A DNA stretch of 64,000 nt from Terriglobia bacterium (GTDB taxonomy: Bacteria; Acidobacteriota; Terriglobia; Bryobacterales; Bryobacteraceae), in the NCBI GenBank assembly GCA_020073305.1, contig JAIQFK010000011.1, positions 91,547 to 155,546 of the forward strand, written 5' to 3'. How positions within the stretch are numbered: the first letter of the stretch is position 1; every line of letters begins with the position of its first letter. Below, in pieces: positions 9,719 to 19,253 of the stretch. A program made the position numbers and the translations under genes. Under the pieces are notes generated by a model. That model was not told the origin of the DNA, did not search any database, and saw only the letters and a program-made list of their open reading frames with translations.

Positions 9719-10717
9719 TCAGAACGCCCACCGCCAGAGGCTGGCGCCTACCGTATAACCTGCGCCTACCGCGGCGAACAAAACCAGATCGCCTTTTTTG
9801 AGGCGGCCGCTCTTGATGGCGTCGCGAGTGGCCAGCGGGATGGTGCCCCCCGTTGTATTGCCGTAGCGCTCGATGTTAATAACGACCTTGTCGCAAGCCA
9901 GGCCCAGGCGCTCCGCTGTGGCGGTGATGATGCGGCGGTTGGCCTGGTGTGGGATCAGGACGTCCACGTCTTTCACGGTCACGCCGTTGCGGTCCAGCAG
10001 GCCTTTGCAGACCTCGTACATTTTGCGCACGGCGTACTTGAACACCTGCTGGCCGTCCTGGTGAACGTAGTGCAGCCGCTGAGCGACGGTTTCGCTCGAT
10101 GCGGGCAGGCGGCTTCCACCCGCGGGCATTTTGAGATAGTCGCCACCCGAGCCGTCGATCTCACCCAGGAAATCGATGAAGCCAAGCTGCGGATCGTCAT
10201 CCGCGGCCAGCGGTTCGAGCAGCATGGCGCCCGCCCCGTCACCAAACAATATGCAGGTATTGCGGTCTTTGTAATCGATAATGCGGCTCATGGTGTCGGA
10301 GCCGATGACCAGGACCTTTTTATGCGTCCCGGCAGCCACCAGGTGAGCGCCCGTGGTCAGGCCGAAAAGGAAACCCGAGCAGGCGGCAATCAGGTCGAAC
10401 CCCCAGGCTCGCTTGGCCCCCAGTTGGTTTTGTACCAGGCAAGCCGTCGAAGGGAAGAACATGTCGGGCGTGACCGTGCAGACCAGGATGACGTCCAGAT
10501 CCGTGGGCGCGATGCCGCGCGAATCGAGCGCCTGGCGCGCCGCCGCTACCGCCAGATCGGATGTCGCCGTAGCGGAGTCGGCGATGTGGCGCTCAGAAAT
10601 GCCGGTACGTTCAAGAATCCACTGATTGCTGGTCTCGACCATCTTTTCCAGGTCGAAATTGGTGAGCACACGCTCGGGCACATAGCAGCCGAGCGCGCTG
10701 ATTTTGACTTTAGGCAC
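9719..10717 (-). CDS. fabH: 3-oxoacyl-ACP synthase III
   Basis: Typical FabH sequence: N-terminal ISALGCYVPERVLTN, SNQWILERTGI, active-site Cys in AACSGFL, HQANRRI and GNTTGGTIPLA. Confidence 0.95.
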   Translation of the reverse strand: MPKVKISALGCYVPERVLTNFDLEKMVETSNQWILERTGISERHIADSATATSDLAVAAARQALDSRGIAPTDLDVILVCTVTPDMFFPSTACLVQNQLGAKRAWGFDLIAACSGFLFGLTTGAHLVAAGTHKKVLVIGSDTMSRIIDYKDRNTCILFGDGAGAMLLEPLAADDDPQLGFIDFLGEIDGSGGDYLKMPAGGSRLPASSETVAQRLHYVHQDGQQVFKYAVRKMYEVCKGLLDRNGVTVKDVDVLIPHQANRRIITATAERLGLACDKVVINIERYGNTTGGTIPLATRDAIKSGRLKKGDLVLFAAVGAGYTVGASLWRWAF

Positions 10718-10756
10718 GGATCCTCGCCAATGATAGAAGGTGCAATTGACCTTGAT

Positions 10757-11524
10757 ATGTTAAATTCGAGAGAAATGCAAGCGCGCAAGGGGGAGGTGGC
10801 GGAGGATCGCCCTGCTTTCGGCCTGCAGAGCACGCTTTTTTTTGAAACGCCCGCCGAGATCTACACGCGGGTGTTCCGGGATCTGAAGCCGCGCACCAAG
10901 CCGCCTGAAGTGCGCGTCGAATTCTGCCCCTTTGCCAACGCGGACAGCTTCATTCACCTGACGGAAGCCGGACTGCGCGTGCGCATGGCGGACGTGCTGG
11001 AAGGGGCTCCCGCCCCGGTGATGGAGGCGCTCGCGCACATTCTGATCAGCAAGCTGTTTCGCCGGTCGGTGCCGCGCCTCTATGCACATCGCTACCGGCT
11101 ATACCTGAATCGACGCGATATGCGGCGCCAGATGCATCTGATCCGGCAAATTCGCGGTCGCAAATTCGTTTCCGGCCCAGCCGGCGCTCACCATAATCTC
11201 GAGCAGATTTTCGAAGAGTTGAATACCCTTTTTTTCGATGGCCTGATGGCGCGGCCACTGCTCGGCTGGAGCCGCCGCGCCTCGCGCTCCATGCTGGGAC
11301 ATTTCGATCCCTCTCACAACGCCATCATTATCAGCCGCATTTTCGATACGCCACGAATTCCGCGCCTGGCCCTGGAGTATGTGGTGTTCCACGAGATGCT
11401 GCACCTGCGCTATCCGGTAGACCATAATGGCGCGCGCCGCAGGGTGCACACGCGGGAGTTTCGAGCAGCGGAAAAGGCATTCCCAGCACTACGCCAGGCT
11501 AAAGAGATGCTGAAGGGACTCTAA
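10757..11524 (+). CDS. SprT/YgjP-like zinc metallopeptidase-fold protein (HExxH)
   Basis: Only the 3' part of ORF 9695..11524 is credible; the 5' part is antisense to fabH. An in-frame ATG at 10757 lies 40 bp from the fabH start, so the two genes are divergent. HEMLH followed by HTREFRAAEKAFP resembles the SprT/DUF45 metalloprotease signature. Confidence 0.65.
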   Translation: MLNSREMQARKGEVAEDRPAFGLQSTLFFETPAEIYTRVFRDLKPRTKPPEVRVEFCPFANADSFIHLTEAGLRVRMADVLEGAPAPVMEALAHILISKLFRRSVPRLYAHRYRLYLNRRDMRRQMHLIRQIRGRKFVSGPAGAHHNLEQIFEELNTLFFDGLMARPLLGWSRRASRSMLGHFDPSHNAIIISRIFDTPRIPRLALEYVVFHEMLHLRYPVDHNGARRRVHTREFRAAEKAFPALRQAKEMLKGL

Positions 11525-11530
11525 AACGAA

Positions 11531-11559
11531 AAAGGGCGGGTGACCGGCGCCCGCCCTTT
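11531..11559. terminator. bidirectional intrinsic terminator hairpin
   Basis: Perfect 10-bp stem AAAGGGCGGG/CCCGCCCTTT with a 9-nt loop, flanked by an A-run and a T-run. It sits between convergent genes that end at 11524 (+) and 11582 (-). Confidence 0.65.
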
Positions 11560-11581
11560 GGAGAAGGTTGAGAAGGTGATG

Positions 11582-12187
11582 TCAGGCGGCCGAAGCGGCT
11601 GGCTGCGCGGATGCGGCCAGAACCTGCAGTTGCGTCCGCATCGTATCGAGGGCTTCGACCAGTCCGCGAACGTCGATCTGCGGTGCGCTCACGCCGAAGC
11701 TGTGCAGCATCACTCTGGCCTCGAGCGACATCATGTTCATGCTGAACAGAAACTGCTGTTTCAGCAGAACGCCCGCCAATGCGGAGCGGTCCGCCGCAGC
11801 GTGAACCATCAGCAGCTTGAGTGCGCTCGAAACCCGCGCGAAGTCCCGTCCTAAACAGCGCGCGTAGCCGCGGAAAATTTCGACCCGTTTCGCACGCAGA
11901 CGCCGCGCCATCCGCCGGTTATAGCCCGGCTCAGATTCGAGAAAACGGCAGTCCAGTGGGTCCAGCAGTCGTTCCATGGGTTTGTAGCGGGACGCGACAT
12001 GAAGGACGTCCCAGTCGGCCGGGATGGCCGCGTTGCGGCTGCGGGAAGACACCCGTGTGAATAAAACCGCAAACACCACACCAAGCAGAACAAATACGCC
12101 CGTAACCGAAAGCAATATTACGCTCATAGTCGAAGTGTACTCCAGTACGCCGAATCGAGAATAACCCAAGTTACAGCTAAAATGCAA
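11582..12187 (-). CDS. membrane-anchored hypothetical protein
   Basis: One N-terminal TM helix (MSVILLSVTGVFVLLGVVFAVLF), followed by a soluble helical domain. The start is more likely the internal ATG at 12127. Confidence 0.6.
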   Translation of the reverse strand: MHFSCNLGYSRFGVLEYTSTMSVILLSVTGVFVLLGVVFAVLFTRVSSRSRNAAIPADWDVLHVASRYKPMERLLDPLDCRFLESEPGYNRRMARRLRAKRVEIFRGYARCLGRDFARVSSALKLLMVHAAADRSALAGVLLKQQFLFSMNMMSLEARVMLHSFGVSAPQIDVRGLVEALDTMRTQLQVLAASAQPAASAA

Positions 12188-12575
12188 TGGAATTTTCGAC
12201 CGGGAATCAGATCAATATTTTGACCCACAACTCGGGCGAGGTGTCCTAGTCTTCCTTGTGAATAGAAGTTCCCTATTTCAAATAAGTTAGAAAGAAAACG
12301 CGCTCCCATACCACAAAGGGGTGGGGCGCCTTGGCGGATCAGGCCCGTGCTACGGATTTGCGTGCTTCAGGGACGCCGGCAACCTGGTTGATCCTCTGGG
12401 TTAACCGTTCGCTAACCGGTGATGTTATCGGCTAAAAGACGTCTCTTTTTGTAACGGCAGAACAGCTGCTCGCATCTTGTTCTGCTCAGGATAAAGGGCT
12501 TGGTCTGCCAGCCGGATTAGGAGGCTGTTGTACAATGGGGGAAATTTTTAAGTTTGGAGCCGTCCCAGCGCCGAA

Positions 12576-13013
12576 ATGAACTTCGATCGCAGCGCCGCCG
12601 CCGATCTGTGGCGCAACACGTTATCCCAGATCCCCACGACCTATGGCCGCCTGATCTACCTCGCCTCCTTACGCGACCAAAACACCGGCACTTATCATCA
12701 CCACGGCCTGGCTCAGTTGTTTGATGAAGAACAAGCGGACCAGACCATGCGGCAGAGTCACCGCCAGGTGTTTGCCGAATGGCTGTGTTTCAATCTGGAG
12801 CAACAGAAAAAGGATTTGGAAGCTTATTTGGAGGATTTACACGAGGATAAGAAGACTATTCTGGCTACCTGGATCCGGCTTTCTCCCTACCGCAGTTACG
12901 TTCCCGCTAACGCGCGCGAAGTAGAGCGCAACCTGTTCATTACCGATCTGGAAACGGTTCTGGAGCTGCTCAGGTACGACTACGCCGTCGCTTCCCCTGA
13001 TCCAGACGCATAG
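12576..13013 (+). CDS. hypothetical protein (orphan)
   Basis: 145-aa ORF in a lower-GC patch with no recognisable motif. A TGTACAAT (extended -10-like) sequence lies about 45 bp upstream. Confidence 0.5.
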   Translation: MNFDRSAAADLWRNTLSQIPTTYGRLIYLASLRDQNTGTYHHHGLAQLFDEEQADQTMRQSHRQVFAEWLCFNLEQQKKDLEAYLEDLHEDKKTILATWIRLSPYRSYVPANAREVERNLFITDLETVLELLRYDYAVASPDPDA

Positions 13014-13848
13014 CCACGCCGACCACCTGGCCCAGCACGTCGATCTCGTTGGGGTAATTAAACACCTCGGGATAGCACATGGACGCGGGATGCGGTTGCA
13101 ATACCAGTTGGTTTTCCTGGAGAGTGCACCAGGAACAGGCGAATCCCTTGCGATGTTCGAAGAAATAAATGGGCCGTTCGTATTCGTTCCCCCAGCCCGT
13201 ATTGACGATTTTGCGATGGGCATCGTCGATCAGGATTAGTGAACTCGGCTGGATCAGCGGATACATGGTCCAATCCTCCGAACCGACGAAAGCATACCGG
13301 TAGTTCTTCACGTCCAGATTACTTAACAGAGACAGGGGGAGCCTGCCCCACCGCTGGATCACGCGGCTCAAGAAGGTGGTTCGCTTCAGATCGATTCCGG
13401 GGTCGAGAGCAAGCGGCACCTGAGTATCGCCGTACCAATTGGGGCCGAATCCAATCAGATGGGTGCGCTGCATCTGGATAGCGGCGGCATCCGAAACCAG
13501 GGCGGCCACATTGACGCCGTACCAATCCAAGACTTCGTTGAGGTCGAGACGGTAAATGGTGCAGAGCGAATACAGGCGATAAATGGTGGGAACGGTGCCC
13601 TTGTTTTCGATATCGGAAAGGCGGCTCAGAGCGATGGAGAACTCATCGTTGTTGTGGCGTGCCGCGATCTGGTTGCTGGCGTCTTCGACATCCCGGTATC
13701 GGAGGTTCAATCGCTCGCGGGCCCGCTTCAACTTCTGTCCAGCTTCTTCCATGCTATGATTCCGTCTCTGGGCGCTGGCGGCCGTGGCCGTTCCATCGGT
13801 CATTTGATCCGTTGGGGGAATTATAGCCGCCGTAACCCCCACCGGCAA
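12970..13848 (-). CDS. XRE-family HTH regulator with S24/LexA-like C-terminal domain
   Basis: The HTH region reads GQKLKRARERLNLRYRDVE...LSRLSDIENKGTVPTIYRLYSLCTIYRLDLNEVL. The C-terminus aligns by eye to the S24 fold (EDWTMYPLIQPSSLILID ... IDVLGQVVGVAMRL). The start is uncertain; in-frame ATGs at 13803 and 13752 are alternatives. Confidence 0.75.
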   Translation of the reverse strand: MPVGVTAAIIPPTDQMTDGTATAASAQRRNHSMEEAGQKLKRARERLNLRYRDVEDASNQIAARHNNDEFSIALSRLSDIENKGTVPTIYRLYSLCTIYRLDLNEVLDWYGVNVAALVSDAAAIQMQRTHLIGFGPNWYGDTQVPLALDPGIDLKRTTFLSRVIQRWGRLPLSLLSNLDVKNYRYAFVGSEDWTMYPLIQPSSLILIDDAHRKIVNTGWGNEYERPIYFFEHRKGFACSWCTLQENQLVLQPHPASMCYPEVFNYPNEIDVLGQVVGVAMRLDQGKRRRSRT

Positions 13849-13903
13849 GAGTTCAGCGGCATTTCTGTTCTGAAATCAGAACACAATTTCGGCAGAGGAT
13901 GCG

Positions 13904-14479
13904 ATTCTGAAAATTGTAGTAGGAGTCTCGGGAGCGAGTGGAGCGATTTATGGCATCCGTCTGCTCGAAAAGCTCCGGCTTCAATCCGGCGTGGAGGTGC
14001 ATTTGATTCTCACGCGGTCCGGTGAGAAGACTTTGTTCCTCGAAACAGGGAAAAAGGCGGCGGAATTAAAGTCACTGGCGCATTGCAGTTACGCCCTCGA
14101 AGACATTTCGGGAAGGCTGGCCAGCGGTTCGTTCCGTACCGACGGGATGGTGATCGCGCCCTGCTCGATTCACACCATGTCGGCCATTGCCGCGGGCATC
14201 AGCTCGAATCTGCTGATTCGGGCAGCCGACGTGATGTTGAAAGAGCGCCGGCCGCTGATTTTGATGGTGCGCGAAAGTCCGCTCCATCTCGGGCACTTGC
14301 GGACCATGGTGGCGCTGGCGGAAATGGGCGCCATCCTGGCTCCTCCCGTTCCCGCCTTTTATCACAACCCCGCTACGATTCAGGATCTGGTGGACCACAG
14401 CGTGGACCGTGTGCTCGATCTGCTCGGCCTTCCCAGCCAGACGGCGCGGCGATGGGACGGCGCGGTGACCCGCGAATGA
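13904..14479 (+). CDS. ubiX: flavin prenyltransferase UbiX
   Basis: ILKIVVGVSGASGAIYGIRLLE aligns residue-for-residue with the UbiX N-terminus (MKRLIVGISGASGAIYG). Later motifs MVIAPCSIHTMSAIAAG and RESPLHLGHL also fit. The first canonical start (GTG 13991) lies downstream of the FMN-binding motif, so I place the start at ATT 13904, which has GAGG 5 nt upstream. This start position is tentative. Confidence 0.8.
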   Translation: MLKIVVGVSGASGAIYGIRLLEKLRLQSGVEVHLILTRSGEKTLFLETGKKAAELKSLAHCSYALEDISGRLASGSFRTDGMVIAPCSIHTMSAIAAGISSNLLIRAADVMLKERRPLILMVRESPLHLGHLRTMVALAEMGAILAPPVPAFYHNPATIQDLVDHSVDRVLDLLGLPSQTARRWDGAVTRE

Positions 14480-15339
14480 AGCGGACCCAGCGGCGCCGCC
14501 AGCTTGTTGCTTTCCAGGGAGAGCGCGGAGCGTTCAGTGAAGAGGCGGCGCGCAAGCTGCTGGGAGCTGGCATCGAGGTTCTGCCGTGCCCGCGCTTCGA
14601 GGATGTGTTCCACGCCCTCGATCAGAAGAAGGTCCAGGCGGCCGTCATTCCCATCGAAAATACGCTGCACGGTTCGGTCCACGAGAACTACGATCATCTG
14701 CTGCACTTTGATCTGCCCATCGTGGGCGAGACCAGTGTGCGGATCGTTCACAATCTCATCGCGCCGCCCGGCGTGCCGTTCGGAAAGATCCGGCGCATAT
14801 TCTCGCACCCGGTGGCGCTCAACCAGTGCCTCGATTTCTTCGCCCGGAACCCCCAATTTGAAAAGGTGCCGTTCTACGACACCGCGGGAAGCGTCAAGAT
14901 GTTGATGGACGAAGGAGTGAAGGACGCCGCCGCGATCGCCTCCGCCGTCGCCGCTGAAATCTACGGAGGCCGAATTCTGCGGCGCTCGATTGAAGACGAC
15001 CGCCAAAACTTTACCCGATTCTTCGCTCTGCGCCGTCCGGAAGACGTTCGCCGGGCGCCGCTCCAGGCCGGACGGGGCGCGCGTTGGAAGACGACCGTGG
15101 TTTTTTCCACGCGCAACGTTCCGGGCGCGCTTTTCCGTTCGCTCAGCGCGTTTGCCTTGCGCGATCTGAATCTCACCAAAATCGAATCCCGGCCTTTGCG
15201 TGGCAAGCCGTGGGAGTATCTTTTTTATCTGGACTTTATCGGCCAGGTGGATGAACCTGTCTGCCGGAACGCATTGGGACATCTGCGCGAACTGGCTGAC
15301 TTGCTGCGCGTTCTGGGCTGTTATCCGCGAGGTGACTAG
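14476..15339 (+). CDS. pheA: prephenate dehydratase
   Basis: The PDT domain reads VAFQGERGAFSEEAA...AVIPIENTLHGSV...TRFFAL, and the ACT domain carries ESRP...WEYLFYLD. The ATG at 14476 overlaps the ubiX stop (ATGA). The longer ORF start at 14083 is rejected. Confidence 0.92.
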   Translation: MKRTQRRRQLVAFQGERGAFSEEAARKLLGAGIEVLPCPRFEDVFHALDQKKVQAAVIPIENTLHGSVHENYDHLLHFDLPIVGETSVRIVHNLIAPPGVPFGKIRRIFSHPVALNQCLDFFARNPQFEKVPFYDTAGSVKMLMDEGVKDAAAIASAVAAEIYGGRILRRSIEDDRQNFTRFFALRRPEDVRRAPLQAGRGARWKTTVVFSTRNVPGALFRSLSAFALRDLNLTKIESRPLRGKPWEYLFYLDFIGQVDEPVCRNALGHLRELADLLRVLGCYPRGD

Positions 15340-15378
15340 AAAAGTACCCAACTGCATCCCTCAAGCATCTAAGAAAGT

Positions 15379-17802
15379 ATGACCGTGGAAGAGAAGATTG
15401 AAGAGAAGGTACCCGAAACCCAGCTAGCCGAGCCCCTGGAAGAGTTGCCCATCCTGACGGTGCGCGACACCGTCTTGTTTCCTCACTCCCTGCTGCCCAT
15501 CAACGTGGGCCGGCCGAGTTCCATGGCTCTGGTTTCGGCGCTTGGTGAGAACCGTCTGCTCGGTGTCGTCTCGCAACTCAACGCTCACGAAGATGCGCCG
15601 GGACCGACCGACCTGTATGAAGTGGGTACAGTCGCCATGATCCACAAAGTCGTGCGCATGAAGGAGGGCCTGCTACTGTTTTGCGAAGGCGTCTCGCGCA
15701 TGCGCACCGCGGGGTATACGGCCACCGACCCGTACCTGCGCGCCCGCATCGAGCGTCTGCCGGAACTGGAGCCGGAACCGACTCCGGAACTGGAGGCCCT
15801 GCGCCGCAACGTGGTCGGCATTTTCCAGCAGATTGTTTCCGCATCGCCGAATCTGTCTGACGATCTGTCGAACGCGGTCGCCAACACCAATGAGTCCGGG
15901 CGGCTGGCGGACCTGGTTGCCGGGATTCTTCCCGGGCTCAGCCACCCCGAGCGCCAAGCCGTGCTCGAGCAGGTGGATGTCCGATCGCGTCTGGCATACA
16001 TTCACAAGCACCTTGCGCGCGAATTGGAGTTGATTGAACTGCGCAACAAGATTCAGTCGCAGGTGCAAGGCCAGCTTTCGCAAACACAGCGCGAATTTTA
16101 CCTGCGGGAGCAGTTGAAGGCCATCCAGAAGGAACTGGGCGAAGGCGACGAGGGCCGCCAGGAGATTGACGAACTGCGCGAGAAACTCGAAGCGGCCGGC
16201 ATGACGGAAGAAGTCAAAGCCGAAGCCATGAAGGAGTTGAACCGGCTGAGCCGCATTTCGCCGATGTCCCCGGAGTACAGCGTCACGCGCACGTATTTGG
16301 AATGGATGGTGAGCTTGCCATGGGGCGTGACCTCCGCTGAACCGGTCCACGTACAGCGCGCCGCCGAGATTCTGAACGAAGACCACTACGATCTGGAGAA
16401 GGTCAAGGAGCGCATCCTGGATTTTCTGGCCGTCCTCCAGCTCAAGCCGGTTCTCAAAGGCCCCATTCTTTGTTTTGTTGGACCGCCGGGAGTGGGCAAG
16501 ACGTCGCTGGGGAAATCCATCGCACGCGCCGTCGGCCGGAAATTCGCCCGCATTTCGATGGGCGGCATGCATGATGAAGCGGAAATTCGCGGCCATCGCC
16601 GCACGTATATAGGGGCGTTGCCCGGGCAAATTATCCACGCGCTTCGCCGCACCGGCACCCGAGATCCGGTATTCATGCTGGATGAAGTGGACAAATTAGG
16701 GCGTGATTTTCGCGGTGATCCTGCCTCGGCGTTACTCGAAGTTCTGGATCCGGAACAGAACTCGACCTTTCGTGACAATTACCTGGATGTGCCGTTCGAC
16801 TTATCTAAGGTGCTATTCATCACGACGGCCAACGTGCTGGACACGATTCCCGAGGCCCTGCGCGATCGCATGGAGATCATCGAGCTGCAGGGCTACACCG
16901 AGCACGAGAAGGTCATCATTGCGTTCCGCTATTTGATACCCCGTCAGATGAAGGAAAACGGTCTCGAAAACGAAAACGGCTTGCATTTCACGGAGGAGGC
17001 GCTTCGCCATCTCATCCGGCGGTACACGCGCGAGGCGGGCGTGCGCAGCCTGGAGCGCGAGATCGGCACGGTCTGCCGCAAACGTGCGCGGCGCATCGCC
17101 GAGGGCAACCCGGACGGCAGCGCCGAAATCACACCGGAGCGCATTGAGGAATTCCTAGGCGCCCCGCGTTTCCGCCCCGACGTGGAAGTGGAGGAGCGCA
17201 CGCGTCGGCCCGGAGTGGCTGTGGGCCTGGCGTGGACGCCGGTGGGCGGCGATGTGCTGTTCGTGGAAGCGGGGCGCATGCCGGGCGGCAGCAAGGGGCT
17301 CATCATGACGGGACAATTGGGTTCGGTAATGCAGGAGTCCGTGCAGGCCGCGCTTACCTGGGTGCGCGCCAACGCCGCGCGCTACGGCATCGATCCGGAT
17401 CTGTTTAAGACCAGTGACATCCACGTGCACGTGCCGGCGGGTGCCATCCCCAAGGACGGGCCTTCGGCGGGCGTCACCATGGCGGCGGCGCTCGTTTCTA
17501 TGCTGACCGAGCGTTGTATCCGCCCGAATCTGGCTATGACCGGCGAAATTACGCTCACGGGCCAGGTTCTGCCGGTCGGCGGCATCAAAGAGAAAGTGCT
17601 GGCGGCGAAACGCAGCGGCGTGCGCGAAGTCATCATGCCGTTTGAGAACGAAGTCAACGTAAAAGAGGATCTTAAGAGCGAGCAGATCGGCGACATGAAG
17701 ATCGTTTACGTGCGCACGGCGCACGAGGTGATGGAGCTTGCACTTCAGCCGCGTGCGGACGCCACAGAGCCTCTGGCACATTTCGGAGAGGCACTGAACT
17801 AA
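15379..17802 (+). CDS. lon: ATP-dependent Lon protease
   Basis: 807 aa. The LON N-domain is followed by Walker A GPPGVGKTS and the protease motif PKDGPSAGVTMAAALVS, which holds the catalytic Ser. Confidence 0.97.
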   Translation: MTVEEKIEEKVPETQLAEPLEELPILTVRDTVLFPHSLLPINVGRPSSMALVSALGENRLLGVVSQLNAHEDAPGPTDLYEVGTVAMIHKVVRMKEGLLLFCEGVSRMRTAGYTATDPYLRARIERLPELEPEPTPELEALRRNVVGIFQQIVSASPNLSDDLSNAVANTNESGRLADLVAGILPGLSHPERQAVLEQVDVRSRLAYIHKHLARELELIELRNKIQSQVQGQLSQTQREFYLREQLKAIQKELGEGDEGRQEIDELREKLEAAGMTEEVKAEAMKELNRLSRISPMSPEYSVTRTYLEWMVSLPWGVTSAEPVHVQRAAEILNEDHYDLEKVKERILDFLAVLQLKPVLKGPILCFVGPPGVGKTSLGKSIARAVGRKFARISMGGMHDEAEIRGHRRTYIGALPGQIIHALRRTGTRDPVFMLDEVDKLGRDFRGDPASALLEVLDPEQNSTFRDNYLDVPFDLSKVLFITTANVLDTIPEALRDRMEIIELQGYTEHEKVIIAFRYLIPRQMKENGLENENGLHFTEEALRHLIRRYTREAGVRSLEREIGTVCRKRARRIAEGNPDGSAEITPERIEEFLGAPRFRPDVEVEERTRRPGVAVGLAWTPVGGDVLFVEAGRMPGGSKGLIMTGQLGSVMQESVQAALTWVRANAARYGIDPDLFKTSDIHVHVPAGAIPKDGPSAGVTMAAALVSMLTERCIRPNLAMTGEITLTGQVLPVGGIKEKVLAAKRSGVREVIMPFENEVNVKEDLKSEQIGDMKIVYVRTAHEVMELALQPRADATEPLAHFGEALN

Positions 17803-17932
17803 AGGGCTCCCTTGAGAGGGTCGGGCAACCGCTCCGTGCCGTCGCGGCTCGGTGAGCTGCTAGCTGAGCCGCGCGCGCATCAAGCAGTTTTGCTCACATC
17901 CCCGCTGTGCTACAATCCCACCTCAAACACGC

Positions 17933-19249
17933 ATGAAACTGCTTCTGTTTGTAGCACTGCTCGGCTTGGCGGCGGGCACGGCGCTGTCCGAGACCGTCAT
18001 TCTCGACGGCTTTACCCTCATCGATGGCACGGGCGCGCAGCCGCTGGCCAATGCCGCGATGATCATTACGGATGGCCGCATCCAGTGGATCGGGCCTGAA
18101 TCGCGGCTGAAGGCGCCGGCGGGCGCGGCGGTCACCCATCTTGCCGGCAAGTACGTCATGCCCGGCATCATCAACCTGCACGGGCATCTCGGAAATACGG
18201 TCGACCTCACGCAGGATCCGAAGAATTTCACGCGCGAAAACGTCGAGCAACAGCTCAAGCTTTATGCTTCCTACGGCGTGACTTCGGTGGCGAGCATGGG
18301 AACCGACCGGGATCTCATCTTCCAGATGCGCGCCGAGCAGCATGCCGGGCGTCCGCACATGACGCGCATCTTCACCGCGGGCCGCGGTTTCACCGGCGTG
18401 GGCGGATACCCGACCACTGCGCAAGGTATGAAAGGCGTGCCGTTCGAAGTGGCGACAAGCGCGGAAGTGGATCGGGATGTCGCGCAGCTCGCCGACCAGA
18501 AAGTCGATCTGGTGAAGATCTGGGTGGATGACCACCTGGGCCGCGAGAAGAAAATTCCGCTCGATCTGGCCAAGGCCATCATCGCGGACGCGCACAAGCA
18601 CGGGCTCAAAGTGGCGGCGCACGTTTTCTATCTGGACGACGCCAAGACCTTGATCGACGCCGGTCTCGATGGCCTGGCGCACAGCGTGCGCGACAAGCCG
18701 GTGGATGAAGAATTGATCGCCTCCATGAAAAAACACGGAGCGTTTCAGGAGGCGGCGACGCTGACCCGGGAGGAGTCCACATTCATCTTCGCCAAACCGG
18801 GGCGGCTGCTCGACGATGTTTTCTTCACGCGCGGTGTTTCGACCAACGCGCTTCAGACTCTCCGCAGCCCGGCGTATCAGAAGAGAGTGGCCGCCGATCC
18901 CGACTATGCGAAGTATCCGGAGTTTCTGCACACCGCCATGCAAAATCTCAAGAAGCTCGCAGATTCCGGGGTGAAGATCGGGTTCGGGACCGATAGCGGC
19001 CCTCCCGCGCGTTTCCAGGGCTTCTTCGAGCACTGGGAGCTGCAGTTAATGACCGAGAGCGGCCTCACGCCCATGCAGGCGATCACCGATGCCACGCGCA
19101 ACGCAGCCGAATTTCTGCGCGCCAAGGATCTGGGGACGCTCGAACGCGGGAAGTGGGCCGATCTGATCGTGCTCGGGAAGAACCCCATCGAAGACATCCG
19201 CAACACGCGATCCATCGAAATGGTCGTGATTGCCGGAAACAAGATATAG
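17933..19249 (+). CDS. secreted amidohydrolase-family metallohydrolase
   Basis: Signal peptide (MKLLLFVALLGLAAGTALS), then GKYVMPGIINLHGHLG (metal-binding HxH), a later AAHV, and GTDSGP near the C-terminus. Confidence 0.85.
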   Translation: MKLLLFVALLGLAAGTALSETVILDGFTLIDGTGAQPLANAAMIITDGRIQWIGPESRLKAPAGAAVTHLAGKYVMPGIINLHGHLGNTVDLTQDPKNFTRENVEQQLKLYASYGVTSVASMGTDRDLIFQMRAEQHAGRPHMTRIFTAGRGFTGVGGYPTTAQGMKGVPFEVATSAEVDRDVAQLADQKVDLVKIWVDDHLGREKKIPLDLAKAIIADAHKHGLKVAAHVFYLDDAKTLIDAGLDGLAHSVRDKPVDEELIASMKKHGAFQEAATLTREESTFIFAKPGRLLDDVFFTRGVSTNALQTLRSPAYQKRVAADPDYAKYPEFLHTAMQNLKKLADSGVKIGFGTDSGPPARFQGFFEHWELQLMTESGLTPMQAITDATRNAAEFLRAKDLGTLERGKWADLIVLGKNPIEDIRNTRSIEMVVIAGNKI

Positions 19250-19253
19250 CGCC

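Noticed and set aside
9695-10756. 5' two-thirds of the 609-aa ORF 9695..11524.
   Set aside because: This part is antisense to fabH and has shadow-ORF composition. Only the segment from ATG 10757 onward carries the HExxH-protein sequence.
14083-14475. N-terminal extension of the pheA ORF (418-aa version).
   Set aside because: The extension overlaps ubiX in another frame and is Arg/Gly/Pro-rich. The prephenate dehydratase homology begins at the ATG at 14476, which overlaps the ubiX stop.
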